A stretch of DNA of 53,090 nt from a virus (lineage: Duplodnaviria > Heunggongvirae > Uroviricota > Caudoviricetes): positions 1 to 53,090 of IMG/VR virus record IMGVR_UViG_2684623011_000001, one strand, 5' to 3'. Below, in pieces: positions 17,890-28,529 of the stretch. A program made the translations under genes and the position numbers. A model generated the notes under the pieces. The model was not told where the DNA came from and did not search any database. It saw only the letters and a program-made list of their open reading frames with translations. Numbering within the stretch: position 1 is the first letter of the stretch; each line of letters opens with the position of its first letter.

Positions 17890-18462
17890 ATGTCACAAAG
17901 AACAAGTCAACGACGCAAGAGAAAGTCGATTGATAAGGATACAGAAATCGTTATTGCAAACAATACATACGGTATGTTTGTTTGGGAATCAAGAAGCGGT
18001 GATATGTCAATAGAGTTGAACGAACACGGTGATGAGGAATATGTTTCATACCGTGAACTTCGACAACTTAAAAAGTATTTATCAAACATGAAACTAATCA
18101 TCACATCAGTAAATGACGATGACGTTTCAATTATGGATGTAGCAAGAGGATTACGGATTGACGATGTTTATCTTGAATACTTTGATTTGGTTGAAGAATT
18201 GAATGAAGAAGAAGCCAACGAAAAAGATGAAATTGTTATTGATGACTTTGAAGATTTCATTATTGATTCAGATGTAGATGAGTTTGAAAAAGCATTAAAG
18301 TCTCAAATGCGTCCAACAATTATTAATACATCAGTTGAACTTTATAAGACAGGACAACTTGTAAATAGAGATAAAACTAAATTGATTCAAAAGACACGTC
18401 CTAAGGATGTACGCGAAGATTTCTGGAGTGATATTGAAGCTACTTTCGATGAGGATCGCTAA
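17890..18462 (+). CDS. Acidic hypothetical head-module protein
   Basis: ORF with RBS GAGGGTG in the structural operon. Confidence 0.6.
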   Translation: MSQRTSQRRKRKSIDKDTEIVIANNTYGMFVWESRSGDMSIELNEHGDEEYVSYRELRQLKKYLSNMKLIITSVNDDDVSIMDVARGLRIDDVYLEYFDLVEELNEEEANEKDEIVIDDFEDFIIDSDVDEFEKALKSQMRPTIINTSVELYKTGQLVNRDKTKLIQKTRPKDVREDFWSDIEATFDEDR

Positions 18463-18488
18463 GTATTACGAAGGGGGTAATTTAATTA

Positions 18489-18944
18489 ATGGATGAAACA
18501 AAAGACCCCAATTACACGTATTACGAAGAGGTATATAAATCTTTTTTGAATTCTGTTGATTCATATGATCTATATCAAATGGATAACGATGAATTGGAAG
18601 AACGTTTGTATGGATATATGGATGCTGGAAGAATCGCATTGGCAACCTATATTTCAGCTGATTTCTTTGACGATGAAATTGAAAAGAAGCGTTTCAATTT
18701 CAAACTGAAACGATATGAAATCATTTTGCTTGCCAAGGCTATGAAACTTGAATGGGTGCGAGAACAGAAACATTCACAAGAGCTGATGAGAAAATCTATT
18801 GGTGATCGTGATTATGCCTCGACTCAAGGATATCAATATCTTGATAGGCTACAGTCTATGGAAAAGCAGTTATCTAATGAAATTCGTACAACTGTTAATC
18901 GTATTGAATATGCTAATCAAGAACTATATGGGGATATGAAATGA
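18489..18944 (+). CDS. Putative head-tail adaptor
   Basis: Position and size. Helical protein with EIILLAKAMKLEW. Confidence 0.55.
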   Translation: MDETKDPNYTYYEEVYKSFLNSVDSYDLYQMDNDELEERLYGYMDAGRIALATYISADFFDDEIEKKRFNFKLKRYEIILLAKAMKLEWVREQKHSQELMRKSIGDRDYASTQGYQYLDRLQSMEKQLSNEIRTTVNRIEYANQELYGDMK

Positions 18945-19963
18945 GTAATTTTTCAGATACCTATAGAAAAAAGATGATGGTTAATGGTAGCACAAGACGA
19001 GCTAGGGCGTATGAACAAGCTCAACGTGATTTCGATTTATATTTTGAAAACACGCTAACTAGAAGTGAATGCCTCATTGACGGCAAGCCTGTACAAGCAG
19101 TGTTCCAAGATCAATCGCAAAGCAATAATAAAGATTTGTCAGATGACAAATATATAGTTGTTCCTAATTCGGTTGAAATTGGAGTAGGTTCTTACGTTAC
19201 TTGGAGAGACACTCAATGGCTTGTGTTTACTGAGGAATACAAAACTATTCCGACACATCAACAATTAAAGATTAAGCATATCAATAGAACAATTAAGTGG
19301 TTGGTTGATAAAGATAACAAAACTATTTGCAATCACGGTAAAGGTTGGGGAGCGTATGTGCAAAACCAGACGCTTTATACATTAGGTGTTTCTTTCTCAG
19401 GTAATCATCTTCCGTTAGCTAATGGAAAGATGTCGATTTATATAAAAGACACGCCTGAGACTAGAGCCGTAAAGGTCGGTACTAGATTACTAGTTGCCGG
19501 CCAAGCATACAAAATTGAATTTACTGATTTTGTTTCTCGAACGGGTTTAATTAGTTGGTTATTAGATGAGGATACTAAGAATCCAGAAACCGATAATTTT
19601 GAACTTGAGATTGCTGATTACTACAAAGGCAATGGTGACTCAGAAGAAAACGAAGACGGTAAAAAAGATGACAAGCCTTTAGAACCAACTAGATGGAATA
19701 TCGAAGGTGAACAACGGGCACGGCTGGGTCGCACATATGAATATCAGCTAGTTAATTTAGATGAAAATGAAAGCGCATCCAATTGGATTCTAGAAGGCAT
19801 TGATGATACTAATCCATTTTATGTTCTTGAAAAAGACGAGAAAAAAATATCAATTCGCATAAAAGATGATTTTCGGTATGTAGGAAAGACATTTACGATC
19901 GCAGCTACAGTTAATGGTGAGATCAAAAATATAGCAATTAAAGTTATTAAAAAATTTGGATAA
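18941..19963 (+). CDS. Putative head closure / neck protein with a C-terminal Ig-like domain
   Basis: Position. GSYVTWRDTQWLV motif and a beta-rich C-terminus. Confidence 0.55.
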   Translation: MSNFSDTYRKKMMVNGSTRRARAYEQAQRDFDLYFENTLTRSECLIDGKPVQAVFQDQSQSNNKDLSDDKYIVVPNSVEIGVGSYVTWRDTQWLVFTEEYKTIPTHQQLKIKHINRTIKWLVDKDNKTICNHGKGWGAYVQNQTLYTLGVSFSGNHLPLANGKMSIYIKDTPETRAVKVGTRLLVAGQAYKIEFTDFVSRTGLISWLLDEDTKNPETDNFELEIADYYKGNGDSEENEDGKKDDKPLEPTRWNIEGEQRARLGRTYEYQLVNLDENESASNWILEGIDDTNPFYVLEKDEKKISIRIKDDFRYVGKTFTIAATVNGEIKNIAIKVIKKFG

Positions 19964-19982
19964 AGAAAGAAGGTGAACGACT

Positions 19983-20534
19983 GTGCCGGCAACAAAATTA
20001 CCAGATAAAGAACACTACAATACATCATCAATCGCAATGATTGGGGAATGGAAGCAACGTGTTTTAGAAGCAGTGGCAATGGACGATGAGATTTCAAAAT
20101 TGCTTTGGTATAACTCGTCTGATGCTTTAAGCAGACCCTCTTTAACAGAGGAGCAAAAGGTTGAATTGGTTGATAGCAATTCTAATAATCGGAGAGTCTT
20201 TCCAACTAGGTATACAAAGAATGTCGTTATGGATCAGCAGTCGTTTATCGGAATGGGTATTGCTGGATTTGCTCCACAGGAAGTTCATTACCAATACTCT
20301 GACACATACGTAATTGGATATCTGTATTTCTACATTTTAGTTGATAACGAAATTATGGATATCGATGAGGGACAAAGACAAGATAAGTTACTTGAACGAA
20401 TCTACGACATCTTTTCCGATTCGCGAGATTATGGTATGGGAGAGCTTCGAATTGGTGGTTTGAGCGAATTATGGGAACAGAATAACAAATTTGGTGGATA
20501 CCAATTAATGATGAGAGTTTATGACTTTAAGTAA
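19983..20534 (+). CDS. Putative tail terminator protein
   Basis: Position before the tail tube gene. C-terminal GYQLMMRVYDF. Confidence 0.5.
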   Translation: MPATKLPDKEHYNTSSIAMIGEWKQRVLEAVAMDDEISKLLWYNSSDALSRPSLTEEQKVELVDSNSNNRRVFPTRYTKNVVMDQQSFIGMGIAGFAPQEVHYQYSDTYVIGYLYFYILVDNEIMDIDEGQRQDKLLERIYDIFSDSRDYGMGELRIGGLSELWEQNNKFGGYQLMMRVYDFK

Positions 20535-20544
20535 GTGAAATGTA

Positions 20545-21336
20545 ATGGAAGTAAATTATGATCAACTTATTTTAAGTTCAAAAGTCCCGATTAACGAATC
20601 ACTATACATCAAAATTCCCACTATTTCAGAGCTGGCATTTGGTGAATATAACGAATTCATGATATTTACCAGGGTGTTTGTCACTAGTGTTAGAGAACAA
20701 TTCAGTGGCGCTCCAAGCGAAGTTGATGAGATTGAAGAGAAATTCCCGTCATTTCTAGATATGGCGTTTGACGATAATATGTCAAAGGTTGCTGGTCAAA
20801 TGATGTTTGGAGAAGGAATGGATCTCTTAAACGTAATTGTTAATGGTCTTGCTTATTGGACAAAGACTGATATTAATGACTTCAGAGCGTTATCAAATCA
20901 CAAAATTATTAATGAGAAAGCTAATTGGGTGATTGATAGAACTGAATATGAGCAGTTTTGCAATTACATTCGAATGATTACTTTAAGTGAACCGAATGAA
21001 GAACTAATTGCACCTAAGAATATTAGTAAGCACCCACATCAATGCCAGATATGGATGAATTTGTACAAAGGAAGAATAGCTAAACTTCAAAAAAAGAAGA
21101 GTGAAGGACTAGGAGACAAAATGCTTCTACTACAAGCTATTGCTCCTTCGTATTTATCTTTCGAAAATATGGGAAATATGACTTATTATCAATTTTTTAA
21201 TACTTTAAGTGCCTATTCAAAGCTACGTGCCAATGATAGAGAATTCGAAATTTATGCCTCTGAAAAATTCGATACAAAAGATATGAAATTAACTGACCTG
21301 AGTGATGAAGTCACCCTAGTCAAATTAAAAAAATAA
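20545..21336 (+). CDS. Hypothetical tail-module protein
   Basis: ORF in the structural operon upstream of the major tail protein. Confidence 0.55.
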   Translation: MEVNYDQLILSSKVPINESLYIKIPTISELAFGEYNEFMIFTRVFVTSVREQFSGAPSEVDEIEEKFPSFLDMAFDDNMSKVAGQMMFGEGMDLLNVIVNGLAYWTKTDINDFRALSNHKIINEKANWVIDRTEYEQFCNYIRMITLSEPNEELIAPKNISKHPHQCQIWMNLYKGRIAKLQKKKSEGLGDKMLLLQAIAPSYLSFENMGNMTYYQFFNTLSAYSKLRANDREFEIYASEKFDTKDMKLTDLSDEVTLVKLKK

Positions 21337-21361
21337 AACTCTATATGAGGTGAAGTAATAA

Positions 21362-22465
21362 ATGGCTACTTACGGTATGAAAGATGCCGCTAACATCATC
21401 ATTGTTAAGCGGGGTACCATGCAACCAATTTTAAAGGCAGACTATGCCAACACTACTAGTGCTGAATGGAAGTCTGACCGTGTATGGGCTAAGAAAAAGG
21501 GCGTTAACGCAATTGCTTGGGATAGCGCTCGGACTGGTACGTTAACTATGGAAACGGAATTGTTTGATCTTAGACTATTGGCTCTTGTAGCTGGTGATGA
21601 ATTACACCAAGGTGCAAGCGAAATGTTTAAGAATGAACGATTCCAACTTAACAAGGATCGTCAAATTCGGTTAGCCAACAAGCCACTTGACGGTACTGTA
21701 TCAGTATTCAAATTGGAAGCTGATGGATTAACTCACGAACAAAACGTTCCGCAATTAATGGATGGTAGTGAAGGAACTATTCCTGCAATGCCTACAGAAG
21801 TTTCTGTATCAGCTAAGGATACTACCGCAGAAATTACATGGCCTGCAACTCAAGGTGCAACTTCTTATGTAGTTTACCGTGATGGAATCCAAATTGGTCA
21901 ACCAGTTGGAACTTCATACAGCGATTCTGACTTAACTCCAGAAAAGCAATACAAGTATGTTGTAGTTGCTGTTAATAACAATGGTAACTCTCCTAAATCA
22001 GCAGAAGTTGTAATTACTACTGCTGCTCGTGGTACTGACACTGCTGGGGAATCAGTAAAGGCAACAGAAGATGCAATCAAGAAGGCAACTGCTGACGCAA
22101 AGGTTATTTCTGCTAATGGATTGAACTTCAAGGTACTTGAAGGTGGCTTGATTCAATTATCTGATGCTGCTCCGGTTGGTGCAAAATACGTAGTTTACTA
22201 CGCTGCTAATGTTGACGGTGTTAGCGAATTTACTGTTGAAGCAGAAAAGTTTGCTGACAACTTTGAAATTTATGCAGATTGCATTATTCGTGATCAACAA
22301 AATGGTGAAGACCACGTATCACAAATTCACTACACTAACGCAAAACCAGAAGGAACATTCACTATTGGTCAAGATGCAACTAAGGCAACCTCTCTTTCAC
22401 TTAAGTTTGACTTAATGCCAGACGAAGAAGGAAAGATGGCAACTTACAAGTACATTACTGACTAA
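21362..22465 (+). CDS. Major tail (tube) protein with an inserted fibronectin type III domain
   Basis: FN3 signature PAMPTEVSVS...ITWP...SYVVYRDG...YSDSDLTPEKQYKYVVVAVN. Biased codon usage. Confidence 0.8.
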   Translation: MATYGMKDAANIIIVKRGTMQPILKADYANTTSAEWKSDRVWAKKKGVNAIAWDSARTGTLTMETELFDLRLLALVAGDELHQGASEMFKNERFQLNKDRQIRLANKPLDGTVSVFKLEADGLTHEQNVPQLMDGSEGTIPAMPTEVSVSAKDTTAEITWPATQGATSYVVYRDGIQIGQPVGTSYSDSDLTPEKQYKYVVVAVNNNGNSPKSAEVVITTAARGTDTAGESVKATEDAIKKATADAKVISANGLNFKVLEGGLIQLSDAAPVGAKYVVYYAANVDGVSEFTVEAEKFADNFEIYADCIIRDQQNGEDHVSQIHYTNAKPEGTFTIGQDATKATSLSLKFDLMPDEEGKMATYKYITD

Positions 22466-22472
22466 TTAGTTG

Positions 22473-22507
22473 AGAGCATCGAAGGGTTCGACTCCCTTCT
22501 ATGTTTT
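22473..22507 (+). other. tRNA T-arm-like hairpin after the tail tube gene
   Basis: About 13-bp stem with loop TTCGACT (GGGTTCGACTCCC). Confidence 0.7.
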
Positions 22508-22555
22508 AGAAATACAAACGAAAAACAATCCATTTATACGGTTATGAATGGACCC

Positions 22556-22584
22556 TAAAGTCCGTAATGAGGGCTTTATTTTTT
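22556..22584 (+). terminator. Intrinsic terminator
   Basis: TAAAGTCC/GGGCTTTA stem followed by TTTTTT. Confidence 0.65.
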
Positions 22585-22627
22585 CAAGAATTTATAGATT
22601 TTAACAACATTTTATAAAGGGGAATCG

Positions 22628-25600
22628 TTGATGGAGAAAACGATTAAGTATTTAGAAAACGGAGAATACCATTATGCTACAGTTCGCTCTGTTGGTGATT
22701 TGGCACAATTAAAGACTGATTCAAAGGAAACACTTGTCGAAGCCATCAACGAACTTTGGAATGGTGGAGGAAATGCTGATCCAAGCAAGGCGCCAAAGCC
22801 AGAAGGTTATGACCAATTAGTTCAAGATGTTGCTGATGCTGTTAAAAATCAACAAGAAATCAGTCAGCAATGGATTGAGTGGCAAAACGAAGAAGCTCAA
22901 TTAACGGAAGAACGAAAACAAGCCTATCTTCAAGCTATGAAAGAAATGCAAGAGGCTATTGATAAGGCTAAAGCTGATGCGGCAGCTCTTGATGATAAGA
23001 CAACTAAATTAGACGAGCAAATCACCAAGACCTTTAGTGATCTTGATACATCAATTCAAAATATGCATGAACAGCTTCAAAAAGAAGCAGATCGCATGAA
23101 TCAAGAATTGATTGATACAAAATCTGATTTAACTAAGGTTCGTACAGATCTGCAAAATGCCCAACTAGATAATGGGAGAATTCATGACGAGCTAACTAAT
23201 ATTAATGGGAAATTTGAACACAAAGTTTGGCAAACAGATTTAGACCCGTTAAAGGAACAGATCGACAGAGCTGAAACCAGCGTCCAACAGACCAAAGATG
23301 AGTTACTTGGAAAGGCAAGTCGTCAAGACTTAGATACAGTAAGCAACACTGTTTCTAAGCTTAATACGCAACTGAAAGAAACAGCTAAAGGTGTAGAAAT
23401 CAGCGTTAAGAAAGATGAACTCGGTGGTGAAATCGCTGAGGCGCTGATTAATAAAACGAACATTTTACTAGGTACAAGAAGATTCACTACCAATAACTGG
23501 ACTCAACGAGATCATGTTGAAATATGTAGTGATCCATGGAAAGGGTTCTTAGTAGCTAAGCAAAATAGTCCAATTGAGGGTATTCAACAAGCATATGAAG
23601 CAAAAGCTGGAACAACATATATTTTTAGTCTTTTCGCAAAGATGGACAACTTAGACGATAGTAATAAACCGCAAATTATCCTTGCCAAGAATAACCTTGA
23701 TACTAGTCTTGATACCAAGATTGATGTATGGCGTAAAGAAATTGAAGATATTACCTCTGATTTTAAGAGATATGACTTAACCTTTACGCCAAGTGAGGAT
23801 TGTACGATATACCCTCATGTTATATCTAACAGCAATAATCCTATATTCGTTTGTGGCTATCAGCTAGAAATTGGAAAGACATCAACTCCATGGGAACCTA
23901 ATCAAGAAGATGTTGGTGACTATGTAGAAAAGTCTGAGGCACAATTCAATGTCTATAACGATAAGATTCAAGCCCTAACTGAAAAACAACGCCAACAAGG
24001 TGATACCCAAGAAAAGTTACGAACAGAAGTCACTCAGACAGCCGAAGGAACAAAGCAAGTATCCGAGAATCTCAAAAAGACTAATGATGATATCACAAAA
24101 CTTCGTGGTGAGTTTGAAGTAAAAGCGGATCACATGAAGTCTGAGTATGAGACTTATACGAATAAAGCTGTAGGTCAAATTAGTGATAGTACATTAAATC
24201 TTATTCGGAATAGTTCATTTCAGAATAAAGATGAGGACTTTGCACAATGGCAGAATGTTTCTGCAAAGGTTAATGTACGTCAAAATGAAAATGGGTTGCG
24301 TTGGGTTGAATTAACTCAGTCAGGAATGACTACAGATAATATCATTGGACTAACAAGTAACTATTTTAATATTAAACAAGGTAAGGTTACTGTTGCCGTT
24401 GATATTAAGAGTGGAACCAAGGCGGACTTAGATATTGAATCTGTTTTGACGCTTGAATTATATGACGAAAATAAGAAACGTATCGATTTTACTCGGCTTA
24501 CACTTAATGATTTAGGTTTAAATAAGTCATTACTAGGAGATCATCAAGTACATCGTGGGCTATATCGATTAGGTATTGATAGAAATGATGCTAAATACAT
24601 GACGGTAAAAGCATTATTGGCACGTAATGGTGATTTGTACTTCACTAATTTCTCTGCAAGATTGTCTTCGATTGACGATGGAGCTTATGAGCCTAATCCA
24701 GATGATATTAACCAACAAATCCTTAAGCAGAATACTAAGATCGAACAGAATTCTAAAGAGGTTGCGATTAAGGCTAATTCAGTTGATGTCACTAGAGATA
24801 TTAAGAGTGCAGTAGATAATGTTCAAGTTGGTGGAACAAACCTGGCTAACAAAACAAATCAGGGAACTATTAACTGGATGTGTGATCCAGGTAATGGAAC
24901 TACTAACTTAACTGAAATAAACATTAATGGAAATAGAGGAGTCCGCTTTAATAATACTAATAAAACAACTAGTTGGTGGGTAGTACAGTATGCGCTTGAC
25001 CTTAATAAATTTGAGCCAACTACAGATTATGTAATTAGTTTTGATATTAGAACGCCTATGAATGTTGAATTGTACGGAAGTATGTTTGACATAGCTGGTG
25101 GTGATTCGATGAATGGTTATTTTACTGATACATCAATACACGGTGTTATTCCAGCAAATAAATTAACTCATATTAGTGTATCCAAGCATACAAAAGATAA
25201 TTTCGACAAAGATCATTATCAAAGTTTCTATTTAAATTCTTGGAATCTATCTAGATGCGATTGGGTAGATTTTGTTAATTTTAAGATAGAAAAAGGAAAT
25301 AAGGGAACAAATTATTCTGCTGCTCCTGAAGATGTCTCAGAAGAAATCAAAACCGCTAAAGACGCTGCAATTAAAGTAGCCAGTGACCAAATCAATATTC
25401 ATGTTAATGAAATAACAACCCAGTTTGACGATAAATTAAATAAAAGAATTAATGAACAAAAGACCGCCAGTGAGAAGTTCACATCTGATGGTATTGAGCA
25501 GGTTGTAACAAAAGTTACCAATGTGAAAAATGATGTGGATAGATTAGGAGATACTGTGAATAGTGTTGGATCACGGAATCTTCTTCATAACACAAGTGAT

Positions 25601-28519
25601 CAGTGGAGAACTTTAACTAATAGCAATGACTGGTTACAACAGACAACAGCATCTTCTTGTTGGACTTCTACTTCTGATTACCATGGTGGAGACAAATTTA
25701 CTTATGCTGCAAAGATTACTAATAATAGCCATCAACAAGCAGAGTTGGAAATTTGGTTGTGTGATCCGAATAAGAATTTAATTAATGGGCAAGCATTCCA
25801 TGCTCCTATTCCTGAAGGTGCGAATGCTTATGATGTAAATGTTACATTCCCGATTACGACAGGAACTTGGTATATAAGAAGTTGGATTATCTTTACTGGA
25901 GGACACGCTCCTAAAGGAGATATTGTTCAGGTTAAAGATGAACGTTTAGTGGAGGGAGCAACTCCTGGTAGCTGGTCTCCTAATCCAGATGATATTAACC
26001 AACAGATTACTAATACTAATAAGAAGATTGACACGCAAACCATCGATTCCGCAAATATTGACCAAATGAAAACTCAAGGTCATTATTTTGTAAGAAATCT
26101 TACAGGAAATCCTATCGGCGGATGGGTCTATGTTGATGTAACAGGAAATAATAATGACCGTGTGCGGCAAGATGTTTATGCTGACCAAAATAATCAACAT
26201 AAATATAGATCATGGAATGGATCAAGATGGTCCGATTGGGAACAAGGCGCTTATTTAAGTGATGTGAAGACAGAGGTAACTGCATCAGTTAAGAATCTTG
26301 GCGATAGAGTTACTACTGAAGTTAATTCCATTACAACTAGACAAAATAATTTTGAAAATGAAGCCAAAGAACAACACTCAAATGATGTTGAACTGGTAAG
26401 AAAAAGTGATTTTGAAGATGGGAGTAAAGGTAGCTGGACTGTTAATGGTGTTGTACCTGCTACTAATCCCGCACCACCAGCTGAATTAGGGCAGTCTGGA
26501 ATGAAGGTTCTTCAAACTAATACTCGAGATGGTTATGAAGAAGGCATCTGGTATTCTGTTAAGCCAGGTGAAAAGTTTGATGTTGATTTTTGGTGTGCCC
26601 CATCTGGTGTGTACGACTCATCATTTGGTTTGGTTTTTTATGATGCTAATAAGAAATTAGTTCCAAACAATCAATGGTTAGGTGTTCGTACAGATCATTC
26701 AGGACAATGGAAACACTATACTGGTACGATAACGGCGCCCGCTAATGCTTCGTTTGCTAAACCTTGGTATCAGATGGATAAGCCAGCAAACAATACAGAA
26801 AATTCGTCATGGATTGCAAAACCCCATATAAGAAGACAGAATCCGCAAGTCGAAAAAAAGATTAGTGAACTTAATACCAAATGGGACGTTGCTAACGGTC
26901 AAATTCAAGGTAAAGTTACCGAAACCGATGTAAATAACATTCTGAATGGTAAGGGATACGCAACACAGTCATGGGCACAAACGATGTTCCAAATGAAAAG
27001 TGATGCAATTACTTTACAAGCTGTTCGGGACAATATTACCAACGGAATTCAGAATCAAGTAAATGATACAAGAAATCAAATTAATGGATTGCAAAATCAA
27101 TTTAATACTCAAACGGGTATTAATCTTTTAAAGGGGACGGCTGATTTTAGTGGACCCTGGTTTAATAAAAATGGTAAAGGGTGGTCATGTAATGGAGAAT
27201 GGCAACCGCCTACAAGCGAGAACAAAAGTGAAAGAAATAATAACGTGGTATATCAAGATAGCGGTCATGCGTGGGACGGACTTGGACAGACAGTAGAATT
27301 AAACACAGGTGAATATACATTTAGTATGTGGATGTGGCCCACCTTATCTGGTAATGAATCGATGAACATTTATGTGGGTGATAGTCAATATGGTGGAACG
27401 GCCAAGGTGAATTATAGTGGATATAGTTACTCGGCATCACAACCACAAAATAGATGGATATTAGTTAAAACATACTTAACTGTGACTCAAGGTGGGAAAT
27501 TATCTATTCGCCCCGAATTAAATCAAGCATCTGGAACAATACATGTTGCTTCGTATATGCTTCAACATGGTCATGTTGAAAATCCAGTCTGGGCTCCGGC
27601 CCCAGATGATTTGGCGCCGAAGAGTATCATTTCTTCAATTAATATTACCCCTGATCAGATTAAAATTGCGTCGAATAAGATTGTTATTGATGGTAACACT
27701 GATATTCATGGGACGTTGAGAGTGCCAGATGTAAAGTTAGCAGGACGAAACGGGAATGTGGATCTCAGTGGAGACGGAATAAATATTACCAAGACTAATG
27801 GTGCTGGAATAAACATTGCAAGTAATGGTATACAATTAACGGCTAATACAAACGGTCAAAGTGAAATCGAAGGCGTTATTACTACCGCATGGTCTTTGAA
27901 CAACAAAAACCAAAATGGAATTGGATTAGTTATTACACCGGAACAAACGTTAGGAAGACCTTATGGTGGCGATATTTTAACAATAGGTTCAATGGCAGCA
28001 CCAGGAACAATTCATGCTGCAATGGTATTTGATGCTACAGGCATAAATCCCGATTATAGGAGAGGCTTTAATTGGTTTGCGCCTCATACACTAAATGGAG
28101 ATGGTGGTGTACTTAGATTCCCGGGAGCCCAAGATGATTTAATGCTTTATCCAGGTAACATGCCTGGAAGCCGTCAAAGTAGTTACAGCCAGCCAACAAT
28201 GAGATTAGTTCATGGTGCTGCTCAAGGCTCTGCAGGAGTTCAATTTCAGTGGTACGACATAGTTCCCTTTGGGAGAATAACTTCTTCAATGAGTTATGTG
28301 TCAGCCGTTGGGACAGATGATGATGGTGGAATAACTGTTAGTTGGTATTCTTACGGAGCCTGGTATAGTGGTAGGAAAGCCCCAAGTATCGTTTATCGAG
28401 GAAGCGATGGTAATCGTGGGAATGGCGGAATTGTTTTTTATCCAGGTGGCGAAGTATGTTTCTGGCAGGGAGATTTCCATTCAAACTTGAGATGGAGTGG
28501 CATGAAAAATACAGATTAA
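22628..28519 (+). CDS. Large tail fibre / host-specificity protein (1963 aa) with repeated carbohydrate-binding-like modules
   Basis: Coiled coils alternate with modules starting N(L/I)L/NLI and ending E.G...W.P.P.D. It also has a knob-like segment and a SIISSINITPDQIKI...IDG motif typical of lactic acid bacteria phage fibres. Confidence 0.78.
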   Translation: MMEKTIKYLENGEYHYATVRSVGDLAQLKTDSKETLVEAINELWNGGGNADPSKAPKPEGYDQLVQDVADAVKNQQEISQQWIEWQNEEAQLTEERKQAYLQAMKEMQEAIDKAKADAAALDDKTTKLDEQITKTFSDLDTSIQNMHEQLQKEADRMNQELIDTKSDLTKVRTDLQNAQLDNGRIHDELTNINGKFEHKVWQTDLDPLKEQIDRAETSVQQTKDELLGKASRQDLDTVSNTVSKLNTQLKETAKGVEISVKKDELGGEIAEALINKTNILLGTRRFTTNNWTQRDHVEICSDPWKGFLVAKQNSPIEGIQQAYEAKAGTTYIFSLFAKMDNLDDSNKPQIILAKNNLDTSLDTKIDVWRKEIEDITSDFKRYDLTFTPSEDCTIYPHVISNSNNPIFVCGYQLEIGKTSTPWEPNQEDVGDYVEKSEAQFNVYNDKIQALTEKQRQQGDTQEKLRTEVTQTAEGTKQVSENLKKTNDDITKLRGEFEVKADHMKSEYETYTNKAVGQISDSTLNLIRNSSFQNKDEDFAQWQNVSAKVNVRQNENGLRWVELTQSGMTTDNIIGLTSNYFNIKQGKVTVAVDIKSGTKADLDIESVLTLELYDENKKRIDFTRLTLNDLGLNKSLLGDHQVHRGLYRLGIDRNDAKYMTVKALLARNGDLYFTNFSARLSSIDDGAYEPNPDDINQQILKQNTKIEQNSKEVAIKANSVDVTRDIKSAVDNVQVGGTNLANKTNQGTINWMCDPGNGTTNLTEININGNRGVRFNNTNKTTSWWVVQYALDLNKFEPTTDYVISFDIRTPMNVELYGSMFDIAGGDSMNGYFTDTSIHGVIPANKLTHISVSKHTKDNFDKDHYQSFYLNSWNLSRCDWVDFVNFKIEKGNKGTNYSAAPEDVSEEIKTAKDAAIKVASDQINIHVNEITTQFDDKLNKRINEQKTASEKFTSDGIEQVVTKVTNVKNDVDRLGDTVNSVGSRNLLHNTSDQWRTLTNSNDWLQQTTASSCWTSTSDYHGGDKFTYAAKITNNSHQQAELEIWLCDPNKNLINGQAFHAPIPEGANAYDVNVTFPITTGTWYIRSWIIFTGGHAPKGDIVQVKDERLVEGATPGSWSPNPDDINQQITNTNKKIDTQTIDSANIDQMKTQGHYFVRNLTGNPIGGWVYVDVTGNNNDRVRQDVYADQNNQHKYRSWNGSRWSDWEQGAYLSDVKTEVTASVKNLGDRVTTEVNSITTRQNNFENEAKEQHSNDVELVRKSDFEDGSKGSWTVNGVVPATNPAPPAELGQSGMKVLQTNTRDGYEEGIWYSVKPGEKFDVDFWCAPSGVYDSSFGLVFYDANKKLVPNNQWLGVRTDHSGQWKHYTGTITAPANASFAKPWYQMDKPANNTENSSWIAKPHIRRQNPQVEKKISELNTKWDVANGQIQGKVTETDVNNILNGKGYATQSWAQTMFQMKSDAITLQAVRDNITNGIQNQVNDTRNQINGLQNQFNTQTGINLLKGTADFSGPWFNKNGKGWSCNGEWQPPTSENKSERNNNVVYQDSGHAWDGLGQTVELNTGEYTFSMWMWPTLSGNESMNIYVGDSQYGGTAKVNYSGYSYSASQPQNRWILVKTYLTVTQGGKLSIRPELNQASGTIHVASYMLQHGHVENPVWAPAPDDLAPKSIISSINITPDQIKIASNKIVIDGNTDIHGTLRVPDVKLAGRNGNVDLSGDGINITKTNGAGINIASNGIQLTANTNGQSEIEGVITTAWSLNNKNQNGIGLVITPEQTLGRPYGGDILTIGSMAAPGTIHAAMVFDATGINPDYRRGFNWFAPHTLNGDGGVLRFPGAQDDLMLYPGNMPGSRQSSYSQPTMRLVHGAAQGSAGVQFQWYDIVPFGRITSSMSYVSAVGTDDDGGITVSWYSYGAWYSGRKAPSIVYRGSDGNRGNGGIVFYPGGEVCFWQGDFHSNLRWSGMKNTD

Positions 28520-28529
28520 GAAGGACTTT

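Noticed and set aside
22628..28519. Diversity-generating retroelement target or invertible fibre shufflon
   Set aside because: No reverse transcriptase, no template repeat with adenine-specific variation, and no inverted fibre cassettes were seen.
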